64,000 bases of DNA from Caedibacter sp. 37-49 (GCA_001898725.1 MKUV01000008.1:42211-106210); one strand, 5' to 3'. Counted from the stretch's first letter, positions 49,349 to 60,200 are shown. Notes: generated by a model from the letters alone, not told the origin. Translations and numbers: made by a program.

Positions 49349-50040
49349 CCTTACTTACTAAGAAATATGTTTCAACATCTTTAATTTTAATAGGTGTTTT
49401 TGTTCTCTTAAATTTAGGAAATTGGCAAATATATCGTCTGAATTGGAAACAAGATTTAATTTCTAATCTTAAACAAAGCTCTCAAATGTCGCCTATTTTA
49501 ATACAAGAATTGAAAACTCTTTCAAGCCATCAAATTAAGCAGTTTGAATTCATGCCAGTTATAGTCGAAGGCCAGTATTTATATAGTTTAGAATTCAAAC
49601 TTTTAGGAAGAACTTACCAAGGTCAATCGGGTTACCACCTTATTACGCCTTTTCTTTTAAAAACGAGAGAAATTCTTTTAATTGATAGAGGGTGGGTTCC
49701 TTCTTCTGAAAAAATTATTTATCGTCCTTTAGGAAATCTCAAAATTAAGGGTTTTATTCGTTTAAATTCGGAAAAAAATTTCTTTACCCCGGAAAACGAT
49801 TTTCTATCTAAAGAACTATATTTTATCGATCCTTATGAAATAAAAGTAAAAGCACACCTTAGAAACCTTTTACCTTTTTATATTTGTACTAGCGAAAATT
49901 TTAAAATTCATACCTTTCCTCTAAGCATTCCTCTTAATTGCAATCTAAGAAATTTTCATCTTGCATATGCGTTAACTTGGTATAGTCTCGCCCTAGCCTT
50001 AGGAGTTATATATTACATTTTTAGACGAAAAAGTAGCTGA
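49345..50040 (+). CDS. SURF1 family cytochrome oxidase assembly protein
   Basis: LGNWQIYRLNWK, GYHLITP, IDRGWVP and HLAYALTWY motifs; TTG start overlapping the coxC stop. Confidence 0.93.
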   Translation: MTLLTKKYVSTSLILIGVFVLLNLGNWQIYRLNWKQDLISNLKQSSQMSPILIQELKTLSSHQIKQFEFMPVIVEGQYLYSLEFKLLGRTYQGQSGYHLITPFLLKTREILLIDRGWVPSSEKIIYRPLGNLKIKGFIRLNSEKNFFTPENDFLSKELYFIDPYEIKVKAHLRNLLPFYICTSENFKIHTFPLSIPLNCNLRNFHLAYALTWYSLALALGVIYYIFRRKSS

Positions 50041-50056
50041 TAGAAATGGGCTTTAA

Positions 50057-51322
50057 ATGACGACAAGAATAAAAACAACGACACTTTCAAATGGTCTTAG
50101 AATTGTAACCGATACTATTGATACGGTTGAAACTGTCGCCTTAGGCGTTTGGGTAAAAGTAGGATCTCGTCATGAAACATATGAAACAAACGGAATTTCT
50201 CATATGCTTGAGCATATGGTATTTAGAGGGACAGAACGGCATACTTCTAAAGAGATCGCTGAAAAAATAGAAGCCGTGGGCGGTCATCTAAATGCTTATA
50301 CCTCGCGCGAACATACTTGCTATTATGCTCGCACTTTAAAAGAAGATGTCCCTCTCGCTGTTGATCTTTTATCAGATATGCTACAATTTTCTGTCTTTAA
50401 GAAGGATGAACTTGAGCGTGAAAAAATTGTCGTACTGCAAGAAATTTCTCAAACTCACGATACACCCGATGATATAGTTTTTGATTTTTTTCAGGAAACA
50501 GCTTTTCCAACACACCCTTTAGGATACCCAGTTATTGGGCGACAACAAGTTATTAAATCTTTCACGCAACAAAATATTCGCGATTATATTGAAAACAAAT
50601 ATTCTACCTCAAACATGATTATTGCTGCGGCAGGTAAAATTGAGCACGAAAAGTTTGTTGAGCTTGTATCTCAAAAATTTATTAACCTCAAAAACAATCC
50701 TGTCTCTAGTTTCAAACAAGCTGAGTATAAAGGTGGAGATTTGAGAGTTCAAAGAAATTTAGAACAAGCTCATTTGATTATGGGTTTTCCTTCTGTAAAA
50801 ATAAATCATGAAGACTATTACGCAACCTCGATTTTGGCGACCATTTTAGGAGGAGGAATGTCTTCACGTCTTTTCCAAGAAGTACGTGAAAAAAGAGGAC
50901 TCGTCTACGAAATACAAGCTTTTATTAATGGATTTAGTGATCATGGTATATTTGGAATATATGCAAGTGCAAATCCTCAACAAGCAAAAGATTTATTACC
51001 TGTCGTTTGTGAAGAATTGTTAACTTTTTCCTCAACTATAACGGAAAAAGAACTTAAAAGAGCAAAATCTCAGCTCAAGGCTTCAATTATGATGACTTTA
51101 GAGAGTACACCTTCACGATGTGATCAGTTGGTACAGCAAATTATGATTTATGGTCAATCTTTGAAAACTTCAGAAATATTAACTTTTATTGATAATGTTG
51201 ATCTTGAAAAAGCACAGAAAGTTGCCTCGTCAATATTCAACCGACCTTTGACTTTTACCGCTCTGGGACCTACAAAAGATTTAGAAAGTTATGAAAATTT
51301 ATCCAGACGCTTACATGCATAA
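50057..51322 (+). CDS. M16 family zinc peptidase (mitochondrial processing peptidase-like)
   Basis: Inverted zinc motif HMLEH, LNAYTSRE, LGGGMSSRLFQEVREKRGL motifs. Confidence 0.93.
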   Translation: MTTRIKTTTLSNGLRIVTDTIDTVETVALGVWVKVGSRHETYETNGISHMLEHMVFRGTERHTSKEIAEKIEAVGGHLNAYTSREHTCYYARTLKEDVPLAVDLLSDMLQFSVFKKDELEREKIVVLQEISQTHDTPDDIVFDFFQETAFPTHPLGYPVIGRQQVIKSFTQQNIRDYIENKYSTSNMIIAAAGKIEHEKFVELVSQKFINLKNNPVSSFKQAEYKGGDLRVQRNLEQAHLIMGFPSVKINHEDYYATSILATILGGGMSSRLFQEVREKRGLVYEIQAFINGFSDHGIFGIYASANPQQAKDLLPVVCEELLTFSSTITEKELKRAKSQLKASIMMTLESTPSRCDQLVQQIMIYGQSLKTSEILTFIDNVDLEKAQKVASSIFNRPLTFTALGPTKDLESYENLSRRLHA

Positions 51323-51348
51323 ATTGTCCTTAGAAAAAAAGGAGCTAT

Positions 51349-53028
51349 TTAAGCTTCATAATTTTTACGGAATCCGTTTATTATCCGATGCGCTTCTTCA
51401 TATTCATACCCCGTTGCTTCAAGAACTTTTGTAGCAAGCTGCAAACTAGGTTCAAATGTTTCTGGACGTACGACTGTTATTCCAGCTTGAGTTAATTTGC
51501 TTTCATACTCGTCATCTCTTAAACGTACCAAAACTTGTAAATGCGGAAATTCTTTTCTGATAGTTAAAGCTATTCGTACAGCACCTTTCCGTGAATTCAA
51601 ACAGATCACTATAGCACGCGCGCGATTAGCTCCAAGGGCTCTTAAAACCTGTGTACGCCTTGCATCTCCATAAAAAACAGGATATCCATCCATGCGCCCT
51701 TGAGACACAATTGATAAGTTATTATCCACAATTAGGAAAGGTATCACTTGTTCTTTCATGAGATGCGCTATCATATTACCAACTCGACCAAAACCACAAA
51801 TAATAACATGGTTACTTATGTCTTCACATTCACTGACTTGTGTTTCAATTGATTGTTCTGTTTCTTTTTCAATCCAACGTTCATCTATGTATCGCCCAAG
51901 CATTGCTAAGAAAGGTGTAATCCCCATTGAGATCGCAACTATTGCAAATAATAGTTGTCCTTGATCTAAAGAAATAATCTTTGCTTCAATTGCTGGGGAA
52001 AGAACCACAAACGCAAATTCTCCACTTCCAGCAAGTAATAAACCAACTCTTAATCCTGTAGAAAATGGGATATGAAAAAGACGGCTTAACCCTAGAATAA
52101 CGCTTCCTTTTAGGGCAATTAGTCCCAAAAGACCAGCTAAAATAAAGCTAACATTCTGCAAGATAAAGTATGGATCTACACTCATTCCCAATGTCATAAA
52201 AAATAAGCCTATGAGCAAGCCATAAAATGGCTGGATATCTGCTTCAACTTGGTGCCGATATTCTGTTTCAGATAATAGAATACCGGCTAAAAAAGCGCCT
52301 AGTTCTAAAGATAATCCAGCAGCCGCTGTCGCAGCGCTGATTATTAAAATTACTAATAAACTCATTGTCACAAAAAGTTCTTGGCTACCAAGCTGAGCAA
52401 TTACTCTATAAATGGGCTTCAAAAGGACACGTCCCAAAAGAATAATCAAGAACAAGACGATCGTTGTTTTAAGAAAGGAAATTCCTAAAATACTTAGTAA
52501 GCTTGGAGCACCCTCTTTAAAGGCACTAATAAGCATTAAAAGCACAACAACAAATAAATCTTGTAGAAGAAGAATTGCAAGAGAGACACGTCCAAAACGA
52601 AGAGCAAGATCTCCACGTTCAGAAAGGATTTGAATGCCAACTGCTGTAGAAGACAATGCTAAGACTGTCCCAATTAAAATTGCAGGCTCTAGCTTAATTT
52701 TAAAAAATAATAATACAACTGTTATAAGAGCTGACGTACAAAGTACCTGCAATAAACCTAAACCAAAAACATAGCGTCTCAAAACTTGCAAACGCTGCAA
52801 AGGCATCTTAAGACCAATTGTGAAAAGTAAGAATAGAACACCCATTTCACCAAGGAATCTGGTTCCTTCTAATGTATTAATAAAACCAAGTGCTTTTGGT
52901 CCTATGAGTAAACCAGCAAACAAATAACCTAAAATACTGCTTGCCCGTAACCATTGAAACAATGAAACAACTGCAACAGCAGATATTAGAATTATTAAAG
53001 TTTCTTTTAAATATAAAGCGTGTTCCAA
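51349..53028 (-). CDS. CPA2 family K+/H+ antiporter with KTN domain (KefB/KefC-like)
   Basis: Multi-TM; ELGAFLAG..LSETEYRHQVEADI, IICGFGRVG and YGDA motifs. Confidence 0.9.
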   Translation of the reverse strand: MEHALYLKETLIILISAVAVVSLFQWLRASSILGYLFAGLLIGPKALGFINTLEGTRFLGEMGVLFLLFTIGLKMPLQRLQVLRRYVFGLGLLQVLCTSALITVVLLFFKIKLEPAILIGTVLALSSTAVGIQILSERGDLALRFGRVSLAILLLQDLFVVVLLMLISAFKEGAPSLLSILGISFLKTTIVLFLIILLGRVLLKPIYRVIAQLGSQELFVTMSLLVILIISAATAAAGLSLELGAFLAGILLSETEYRHQVEADIQPFYGLLIGLFFMTLGMSVDPYFILQNVSFILAGLLGLIALKGSVILGLSRLFHIPFSTGLRVGLLLAGSGEFAFVVLSPAIEAKIISLDQGQLLFAIVAISMGITPFLAMLGRYIDERWIEKETEQSIETQVSECEDISNHVIICGFGRVGNMIAHLMKEQVIPFLIVDNNLSIVSQGRMDGYPVFYGDARRTQVLRALGANRARAIVICLNSRKGAVRIALTIRKEFPHLQVLVRLRDDEYESKLTQAGITVVRPETFEPSLQLATKVLEATGYEYEEAHRIINGFRKNYEA

Positions 53029-53202
53029 AGCCTGCCCTGTTAAAATTAAATATTTGATAATGTATTATTTATAATAGCGAGAGAGCAAATGCATAAGCAA
53101 GCTTTATTCTTAGAAATGCTTCAATTACCTTTTTTAACATTCGCCTTTTAAGTTAAAATTTAGGAATTTTTTTAAATATTAAGACATAAAATAGCAATCC
53201 AT

Positions 53203-53233
53203 AAAAAAAGCGAGCTTAAAAAAGCTCGCTTTT
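53203..53233 (-). terminator. Rho-independent terminator after the small lipoprotein gene
   Basis: AAAAAAAGCGAGCTT-AAAA-AAGCTCGCTTTT: a perfect stem with a U7 tail on the minus strand. Confidence 0.8.
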
Positions 53234-53254
53234 AAATCGTACGATTATTTTTAA

Positions 53255-53512
53255 TTAATCGTTTTTATTCCTATCATGAGCTTTCCCCAAGCGCTCAAGA
53301 GTAGGTGCTTGAGTATTTGTTGAATCAACAGTAACAGCATCTGTGTTAGGCACAACAGGTCCGTTTTCTTTTAATCTTTCCTTACACCTTGCAAGTTCAC
53401 GATCATTTACGGAATAATTGCTGTTGCAATCATGATCCCAATTAGGGTTATGATTACAAGCTGACAACACAGTTAAAGTACTTACTGCAACCATGCTTAT
53501 AATATTTTTCAT
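53255..53512 (-). CDS. Small orphan lipoprotein
   Basis: Lipobox LSAC, upstream GGAG RBS, own terminator, two additional Cys. Confidence 0.75.
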   Translation of the reverse strand: MKNIISMVAVSTLTVLSACNHNPNWDHDCNSNYSVNDRELARCKERLKENGPVVPNTDAVTVDSTNTQAPTLERLGKAHDRNKND

Positions 53513-53666
53513 TCTTTATGACTCCCTACAATTCAATTGTTTTTAACTTTATAAAATTATGAAAATAAAAATTTTATGTCAAGAAAGCCGAGCTTATCCC
53601 TGCAACTCTTCTTAAAGTAGTGCCATAATGCAACACTTAGAAAAAGATCTTTTCTTATAGTTCTAC

Positions 53667-53696
53667 TTGCAAACTAAGACTAAAAAATTACATAAT
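53667..53696 (+). promoter_or_regulatory. Candidate promoter of 6S RNA
   Basis: TTGCAA-N18-CATAAT, just before the 6S terminal stem. Confidence 0.4.
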
Positions 53697-53699
53697 GAA

Positions 53700-53867
53700 A
53701 AAGGAAAGGCTGTTGTTTCACGTAAGATGCAATTTCCCTGGGGCCGATATCAATCCTTAAGGGAACTGTCCCTGCCAGAGTTCGTGGACTCAGGCATATG
53801 GTACCCACCTGCTAATGCAGGCCACACGAGGATAATTTTCATCGACGGTTATGATGGCTTTTCCTTT
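53700..53867 (+). ncRNA. ssrS: 6S RNA
   Basis: Ends pair (AAAGGAAAGGC / GGCTTTTCCTTT). Alphaproteobacterial 6S-like blocks TTCCCTGGGGCC, GGGAACTGTCCCTG and CCCACCTGC..GCAGG. Directly upstream of ygfA, the canonical context. Confidence 0.85.
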
Positions 53868-53894
53868 ACATGTTATTTAGAAAGTTAAGTATTT

Positions 53895-54485
53895 ATGCTG
53901 TTAAAAAAGCTTCTTGTGCGAAGCTGGGCGAAAGAACAAAGAAAAAAATTCTGTCATTCTTTAACAAAATTAGAATTAAATAAAATCCACCAACTTATTA
54001 ATGAAAAAATTTTCGATTTATTTGAGTTTCAACCTTTTGATATTATTGGAGGTTATTGGCCCCGAGGAGAGGAAATCGACCCTCGTTACCTACTTAAAAG
54101 CTTATTTCTTCAAAAGTTTGAGCTTGCTCTTCCCGTAACCAACATAAAAGAAAAAATTCTTCTTTTTAGAAAATGGAGTCTTGAAGATCCACTTAAGATT
54201 GGCCCTTATAAAATATATGAACCTTTTGACAACCAACCCTCCCTTGAACCTAATATTTTATTAATCTCTTTACTCAGTTTTGATAAATATGGTTATAGGC
54301 TTGGTTACGGCAAAGGATATTACGATCAAACAATAACAGCTTTGAAATCAAAGAAATCTATTGTAACCATTGGTTTGTCATATGAAATATTAGGCGTAGA
54401 TCGGCTTCCAACCGAGCCTCATGACGAGCGTTTACAATGGATTATTACAGAAAAGAATATTTATAATTTTAGGGGAGTTACATGA
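53895..54485 (+). CDS. ygfA: 5-formyltetrahydrofolate cyclo-ligase
   Basis: GYWP...EIDP, IYEP and FD..GYRLGYGKGYYD motifs; follows 6S RNA. Confidence 0.93.
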   Translation: MLLKKLLVRSWAKEQRKKFCHSLTKLELNKIHQLINEKIFDLFEFQPFDIIGGYWPRGEEIDPRYLLKSLFLQKFELALPVTNIKEKILLFRKWSLEDPLKIGPYKIYEPFDNQPSLEPNILLISLLSFDKYGYRLGYGKGYYDQTITALKSKKSIVTIGLSYEILGVDRLPTEPHDERLQWIITEKNIYNFRGVT

Positions 54486-55306
54486 AGATTTTAACATGTG
54501 GAGACGTTGTAGGACGAAAAGGGCGTTCAATTGTGATGGACCTTGTTCCTAAATTACGTTCTGAGTTACAGCTTGATGCTGTGATTATTAATGCCGAGAA
54601 TTCTGCAGGTGGTTTTGGGATTACCCAAGAGATTGCTCACGAATTTTTTGAGAGCGGTGTTGATGTTATTACAACAGGAAATCATGCTTGGGATCAGAAG
54701 TGTAGTAATAACTATTTTGCAAAAGAGCCTAGGCTCTTAAGACCCGTTAATTATAAACTTGATAAACCAGGGCTTGGAATTACAAAAGTAAGACTTCACA
54801 ACAACAAAACTTTAGTTGTTATTAATATTATGGGAAAGCTTTTTATGCCACCTCCCGCCCCTGCAGATCCATTTTTCTCTATCGCTGCAATTTTAAACCA
54901 GTACCCTCTGAAACAACAGGATGTCGATGCTATTATCATTGATATTCATGCAGAAGCTAACAGTGAGAAAATGGCCTTTGCTTATTATGTTGATGGGAAA
55001 GTTTCAGCTGTTGTAGGAACCCATACACATGTTCCTACAGCTGATGCAAGAATTTTACCTAAAGGTACAGCCTATCAAACAGACTTAGGAATGTGTGGCC
55101 CTTACGATTCTGTTCTTGGAATGCAAAAAGACCTTTCTATCAGCCGCTTCTTAGGAACAATTCCTACACCTCATATGAAACCTGCTAACGGTGAACCTAC
55201 TTTATGTGGCGCGTTAATCACGCTTGATAACACGACAGGACTTGCCTCAGATATTACATCTCTTAAAATTGGTGGCCTTCTGAATTCTTTTTATTCTTCT
55301 CTTTAA
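54482..55306 (+). CDS. ymdB: TIGR00282/YmdB family metallophosphoesterase
   Basis: GDVVG, NAENSAGG, TTGNHAWD, DIHAEA.SEK, GTHTHVPTAD and TDLGMCG motifs. Confidence 0.92.
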   Translation: MKILTCGDVVGRKGRSIVMDLVPKLRSELQLDAVIINAENSAGGFGITQEIAHEFFESGVDVITTGNHAWDQKCSNNYFAKEPRLLRPVNYKLDKPGLGITKVRLHNNKTLVVINIMGKLFMPPPAPADPFFSIAAILNQYPLKQQDVDAIIIDIHAEANSEKMAFAYYVDGKVSAVVGTHTHVPTADARILPKGTAYQTDLGMCGPYDSVLGMQKDLSISRFLGTIPTPHMKPANGEPTLCGALITLDNTTGLASDITSLKIGGLLNSFYSSL

Positions 55307-55384
55307 TAAATTTTTAATCTCCTCTCACTATACTAGGAATATAGAAGTTAAATAATTTTAAAATAATTTGAAGGGAGAATTCAT

Positions 55385-56521
55385 ATGGTTTCTACAAACA
55401 AAAGTTCATATGCTCGTATTGCGATGGCATGTCAAGGTGGAGGATCTTTAGGAGCTTATCACATTGGCGCTTTAAGAGCGATGCAAGAAGCCGGATATTC
55501 TCCTGACACCATTGCTGGTATTTCTATCGGTGCCTTTACAGCCGCAGTTATTGCCGGCAATACCCCTCAGAATCGCGTCGCTAAACTTGAGAAATTTTGG
55601 GATACTATTTCCTGGCCAGATGTCCCTTCTCTTCCTAATGCAACAGATGAAATAAAAAAATTTCATAATACACTTACATCTCTTCAAGGATTCCTTTTTG
55701 GACAACCAAATTTCTTTTCTCCCCGGTTTCCTATCCCTCAAATGCAACCAAAAGGAACTGCGGCATCAACAAGCTATTATGACACAAGTAAACTAAAAGA
55801 AACTTTACGCCAATTTGTTGATTTTGACGGAATAAATTCTGGCAAATTAGGACGGCTTATTTTAGGCGTTACACGCGTAAAAGATGGGCAACTTGTTTTC
55901 TTTGATAGTGCAAATATGAAGATTGGCCCCGAACATGTTATGGCAAGTGGTTCAATGCCTCCTGGTTTTCCTGGGATGGTCATTGACGGAGATTTGTATT
56001 GGGATGGCGGGTGTGCATCAAACACCCCACTCGAAGGAATCTTCAACGCAGAGCCTAAAGTTGACACATTATGCTTTATGGTGGACTTGTTTGCCGCCAA
56101 TGGGAAGGAACCAAAAGACATGGATGAAGTTACTCTTAAGTTAAAAGAGTTGCAATTTACTAGCAGAACTTCCCATCACATTGAACATCTTAATAAAAGA
56201 CACAATCTTTCAAGATATTTAAAACATCTGATAGACGTCATCCCTGCGGATCTTAAAAAAGATGCTATTATTAGAGAAATTATAGATTTCTCAAATGACA
56301 GTAAATTTGACATTGTTCATATTGCTTATGATAAACCTAATTATGAAGTACCAAGTAGCGATTGTGAATTTTCGAAAATATCAATCAAAGACAGAGCGTC
56401 TTATGGCTATCAACACATGAAAGCTGCTCTTGATCATAGCCCATGGTTAAAAGATAGAAAAAACCATGTAGGATCAATAGTTCATAAATTTGTTGGAACT
56501 AAGCATATAGATTCATATTAA
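55385..56521 (+). CDS. Patatin-like phospholipase with C-terminal extension (DUF3734-like)
   Basis: GGGSLGAY oxyanion loop, GISIG nucleophile elbow and YWDGG catalytic Asp. Confidence 0.88.
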   Translation: MVSTNKSSYARIAMACQGGGSLGAYHIGALRAMQEAGYSPDTIAGISIGAFTAAVIAGNTPQNRVAKLEKFWDTISWPDVPSLPNATDEIKKFHNTLTSLQGFLFGQPNFFSPRFPIPQMQPKGTAASTSYYDTSKLKETLRQFVDFDGINSGKLGRLILGVTRVKDGQLVFFDSANMKIGPEHVMASGSMPPGFPGMVIDGDLYWDGGCASNTPLEGIFNAEPKVDTLCFMVDLFAANGKEPKDMDEVTLKLKELQFTSRTSHHIEHLNKRHNLSRYLKHLIDVIPADLKKDAIIREIIDFSNDSKFDIVHIAYDKPNYEVPSSDCEFSKISIKDRASYGYQHMKAALDHSPWLKDRKNHVGSIVHKFVGTKHIDSY

Positions 56522-56533
56522 TTATGGCTTGGT

Positions 56534-56564
56534 AAGAGGAGCCTTATTCATTAAGGCTTCTCTT
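56534..56564. terminator. Hairpin between the convergent patatin and rnhB genes
   Basis: AAGAGGAGCCTTA-TTCAT-TAAGGCTTCTCTT (one G-U pair). Confidence 0.65.
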
Positions 56565-56569
56565 CTATC

Positions 56570-57202
56570 TTAGGCAGCTGATTGTTCTATATATTTTGCA
56601 ATCGGTGCAAATGAAACGCGATGATAAGGGGTGATTCCGTGAGTTTGAATCGCACGATGATGCTCAGCGGTTCCATATCCAGCATTTCTTTCCCATCCAT
56701 AATGTGGATGTTCTTCTGCTAATCTGCACATTATTTTGTCTCTTATGACTTTTGCAACAATAGAAGCCGCAGCAATTGAAAAACTTAATGTATCTCCCTT
56801 TACCAAGGTTTGAATATGACAGTCTAATGGAGGTTTCACATTACCATCTACTAAGACCACGTCAGGTTTTACTTCTAAAGAATCAACTGACTTTTTCATG
56901 GCTAATAAGGCTGCACGTCTAATATTAAGAGAATCTATTTCTTGTACACTTGCTTCTGCCCAAGATATAAAGCACTCCATTCCGTTTAAAATCATTAATT
57001 CTTGATAAATCAATTCTCTTTTTTTGGCAGAAATTTTTTTAGAATCCTGGATGACTTCAAGCAAGTTTAAGGGAAATTTTTCTTGGTTTATAATAACAGC
57101 TGCAGCAACCACAGGGCCAGCCCATGGACCACAACCTACTTCATCAACTCCTGCCACAACTCCATTATGGAGTTTCTCATAAAAAAAGCTAGGCAACTTC
57201 AT
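56570..57202 (-). CDS. rnhB: Ribonuclease HII
   Basis: AGVDEVG.GPWAGPV, DSKK, LVDGN, KGD...SIAAASIVAKV.RD and GYGT..H motifs. Confidence 0.96.
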   Translation of the reverse strand: MKLPSFFYEKLHNGVVAGVDEVGCGPWAGPVVAAAVIINQEKFPLNLLEVIQDSKKISAKKRELIYQELMILNGMECFISWAEASVQEIDSLNIRRAALLAMKKSVDSLEVKPDVVLVDGNVKPPLDCHIQTLVKGDTLSFSIAAASIVAKVIRDKIMCRLAEEHPHYGWERNAGYGTAEHHRAIQTHGITPYHRVSFAPIAKYIEQSAA

Positions 57203-57216
57203 TTCCTTGAAAAAGA

Positions 57217-60200
57217 TTAATCATTCAACTCTTTAAATTCTTCATCATTATCTTCAAACTCTTCATCAATGTCTGGTTCAAAGATTTTTCGGAAAAATCC
57301 TGGTGTAAAAATACTAACTGGATTTACAGAAATTTCAGGCTTGTTACTGTCACCTGTGATTGTATAGGAAACAGAAAATAACCCTTCATGCTTACCTCCA
57401 CTTGCGAGTTCTCCTATGATCGGGATTTTAGATAAAATAGTATTTAGATAATAAGCAGGAATAATGGAGCCATGAATTTGTAAATTGTTTTTTTGTAAAT
57501 CAACAGAGCCTGCGAAAGTTAATCCTAACGAAGCTCCATTTGCACGCCCTTTTGTAATAACAATTTTATTAGCATTTGCGCTGAACTTACTTCTAAACCG
57601 GGTAAATGACATTCCTTTTTCAGAAAATAAATCAACTACTCCTGTGGGAAATGCAAGTGATAATAATTTTCCAAATACAGGCGCTTTCTTTAAAGCAAAA
57701 TCTTTCATTACGAGCTTCCCCTGCCAAAGTTCGTGCGGCAAACGATCATCGTGTGTTGCGATAATGTTTAGATCTCCTTCGTAAACATTATCATATATCT
57801 GAAAGATTTTAAGAAATTTGCCCCCATAATTTGTTTTCAATTTAATTTTTCTTGTATGTATATCCTCATGAGCCAAATCAATTTCTAATATTGCTTGAGG
57901 ATATTTTTTTGATAACCTTGCTCGGAAATTTAATTTATTTATAACATTCTTATTATAATGCAAGTTAAGTTCGCTGTTATAAAGAGTTCTATCAACCCCT
58001 AAAACAACATCATTTATGCTAGCATTTAGCTCAAAAGAAGACGCCAGCTGATTTTTAGAAAAATGTAAAGAATCCTGCAAAAAAGGCTCTAAATTTAGAG
58101 CTTTTCCTCGAAGTTTAACGAGATAAATGTTATTTTGTTGTCGTAGCAAAGAAAAATGAACGTCTGTATAACCTACTTTAAAATTTGGGAAGTTTAATTC
58201 TTTTAATCCTTTATCATCAAATGTTCCTTTGCCATCAATATGAATGCCATCAGTTACCTTTGCTTTAACAAAATGTAATTTATAAGGAATACCATTGCGG
58301 ATTTCCATTGAAGTTTCTAGACTTCCTGGCGTCATCCCAGCTTTTTCCAAGCCTAAAATACTTCCGCGAGCATTTGTAAGGTCAACCTTTGCAGACAAGA
58401 CTCCGTGAGCATTTCCTTTACTTGAATAATTGATTTCAAGGGGAGCGGTTCCTCCAAATCCTTGTATCAAATTACTTTGCTGATCTTTAAATACTTGTTC
58501 ATTAATTGTCCCAGTTACAGCGAGCTTCGTTTCAAAGTCTGCGTTGGATGTGAAATTTTTCTGCCATAGAATTTTGAGAGGAATTTTGAACACATACCCA
58601 ACACCTTCAAAAAGCATATTTTTATTATTAACTTTTAAGGTGAAATTGCCTCCCTCTAATTCACACGGAAAAGCAGTTAGAATATCAGAGAATCGAATAT
58701 TCTGTAAATTTGAGTTAATATCCGCTTGAATTTCATTTACGGTGATCGTTGTCAGAAGCGGAAACTTTAAATGAACAACTGTCTCGGCTTCTCCTAAGAT
58801 TTGAGAAGGTTTCAATCCAAACTGTTCCACATATTTCAAAGGATTATGATTTATCAATGATAAATGATGAGATAAAGAACCTTGCAAAGTTAATGAGATA
58901 TCAATATCTTGATTCTCGTTATCTAAATTCCTAATATCAACACGTCCTTTTTTTAGAACAAGTTGATGGGTCCTTCCTGAATCAATTGCAATTAGGAAAT
59001 CTTTAGATGAATAACGAGCTTCTCCTCTCACATGCGTTACTTTTGGCATTCCTTCCAAATAAAATACTGTTGCATCTTGTATTTTAATCGTGCCATTCAA
59101 ATTTTTAAGAGTGGATATTACTTTTTTATTTTTCAAACTAATCACTGAATCAAGATTGAGCGTCGCTTTTGGAACTTTTCCTTGTGTAATATTTTGTATG
59201 ACCCACTGCCGAGGTGTCTTAGCTAGGTTTTTAGGCCAAAATTTATTTAAATCACTCAACATAACATTTCCTGCTTCTGCTTTACTTTGAACCGTGAGTG
59301 TTTGGGTCAGTTTATCCCATGTTCCTTCAGTCGTTCCTCTTACAAAAACATTACCACTTTGGATTTCAATTTTTTTTAACTGAAAATTATTATGACTATA
59401 TATAGCCTCTATAATACCTTTCTGGATATCAAGAGAATGCGGGAATAATGAGGGAATTTCTATTTTTCCTTTATCCAACTTCAGAATCAAAGAAGCTTCT
59501 TTGAGACCTTCTTTTTCTGAATAATGAAATTTACTCGATAGATAAAATGGTAACTTTAAACCTGAAAGGAAGAATTGATTTTCTTGGCTTTCTGGAATTG
59601 CATTCTTTATTTTTTGATTTTGCTGAATAGCCTCTTTGACAGCGTAATCACTATTGATGTTAGCATCAACAAAGATTTCTCCTGCTTTATAGTCATAGGT
59701 ACCCTCTACTTGAAAATAATTTTTTTCTATTCCTCCCATACAATGAAATTTTTGCCTCTTATCCACGCGTTCCACCACAAAGGTTAAACTTGGAATAGAT
59801 AAAAGCCTCTCTCCCTTTAAATCTTCGATTTTTATATTTGCTTCATCTATTTTAAGGCGCTTCACACGTTTCCAATGTTTCTTATGGGTTAGAAAATTGT
59901 CTAAGAGAGTTAAAATAAATTGATCATCTACTTCTTCAGAGGGGATCAATGTGGAATTCTTTTCATGAATGAAACGGAGAGAAGGTTTAATAATCTCTAA
60001 CGTTTTTATACTAAAATGTCCTAGCAATAATGAAGGAAGTGAAAAGCTAGCCTTCAACTCAGGAAGAACAACCTTAAGTTTTTTTCTATTATTTACATCC
60101 TGTAGAATAACATTCTTAGCATCGATAAAAAGTGGATGCCCAAAACCTTTCCACATAAACTTTGCATCGTTGAAGGAAACTTTATATTGAGGGGCTATTG

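Noticed and set aside
42938-51730. DnaA boxes / oriC
   Set aside because: Perfect TTATCCACA copies at 42938 and 51722 are isolated, lie inside coding regions and are not clustered in an intergenic region.
53667-53888. 73-aa ORF upstream of ygfA
   Set aside because: TTG start overlaps the putative -35 element and the ORF spans the 6S RNA, which explains the region better.
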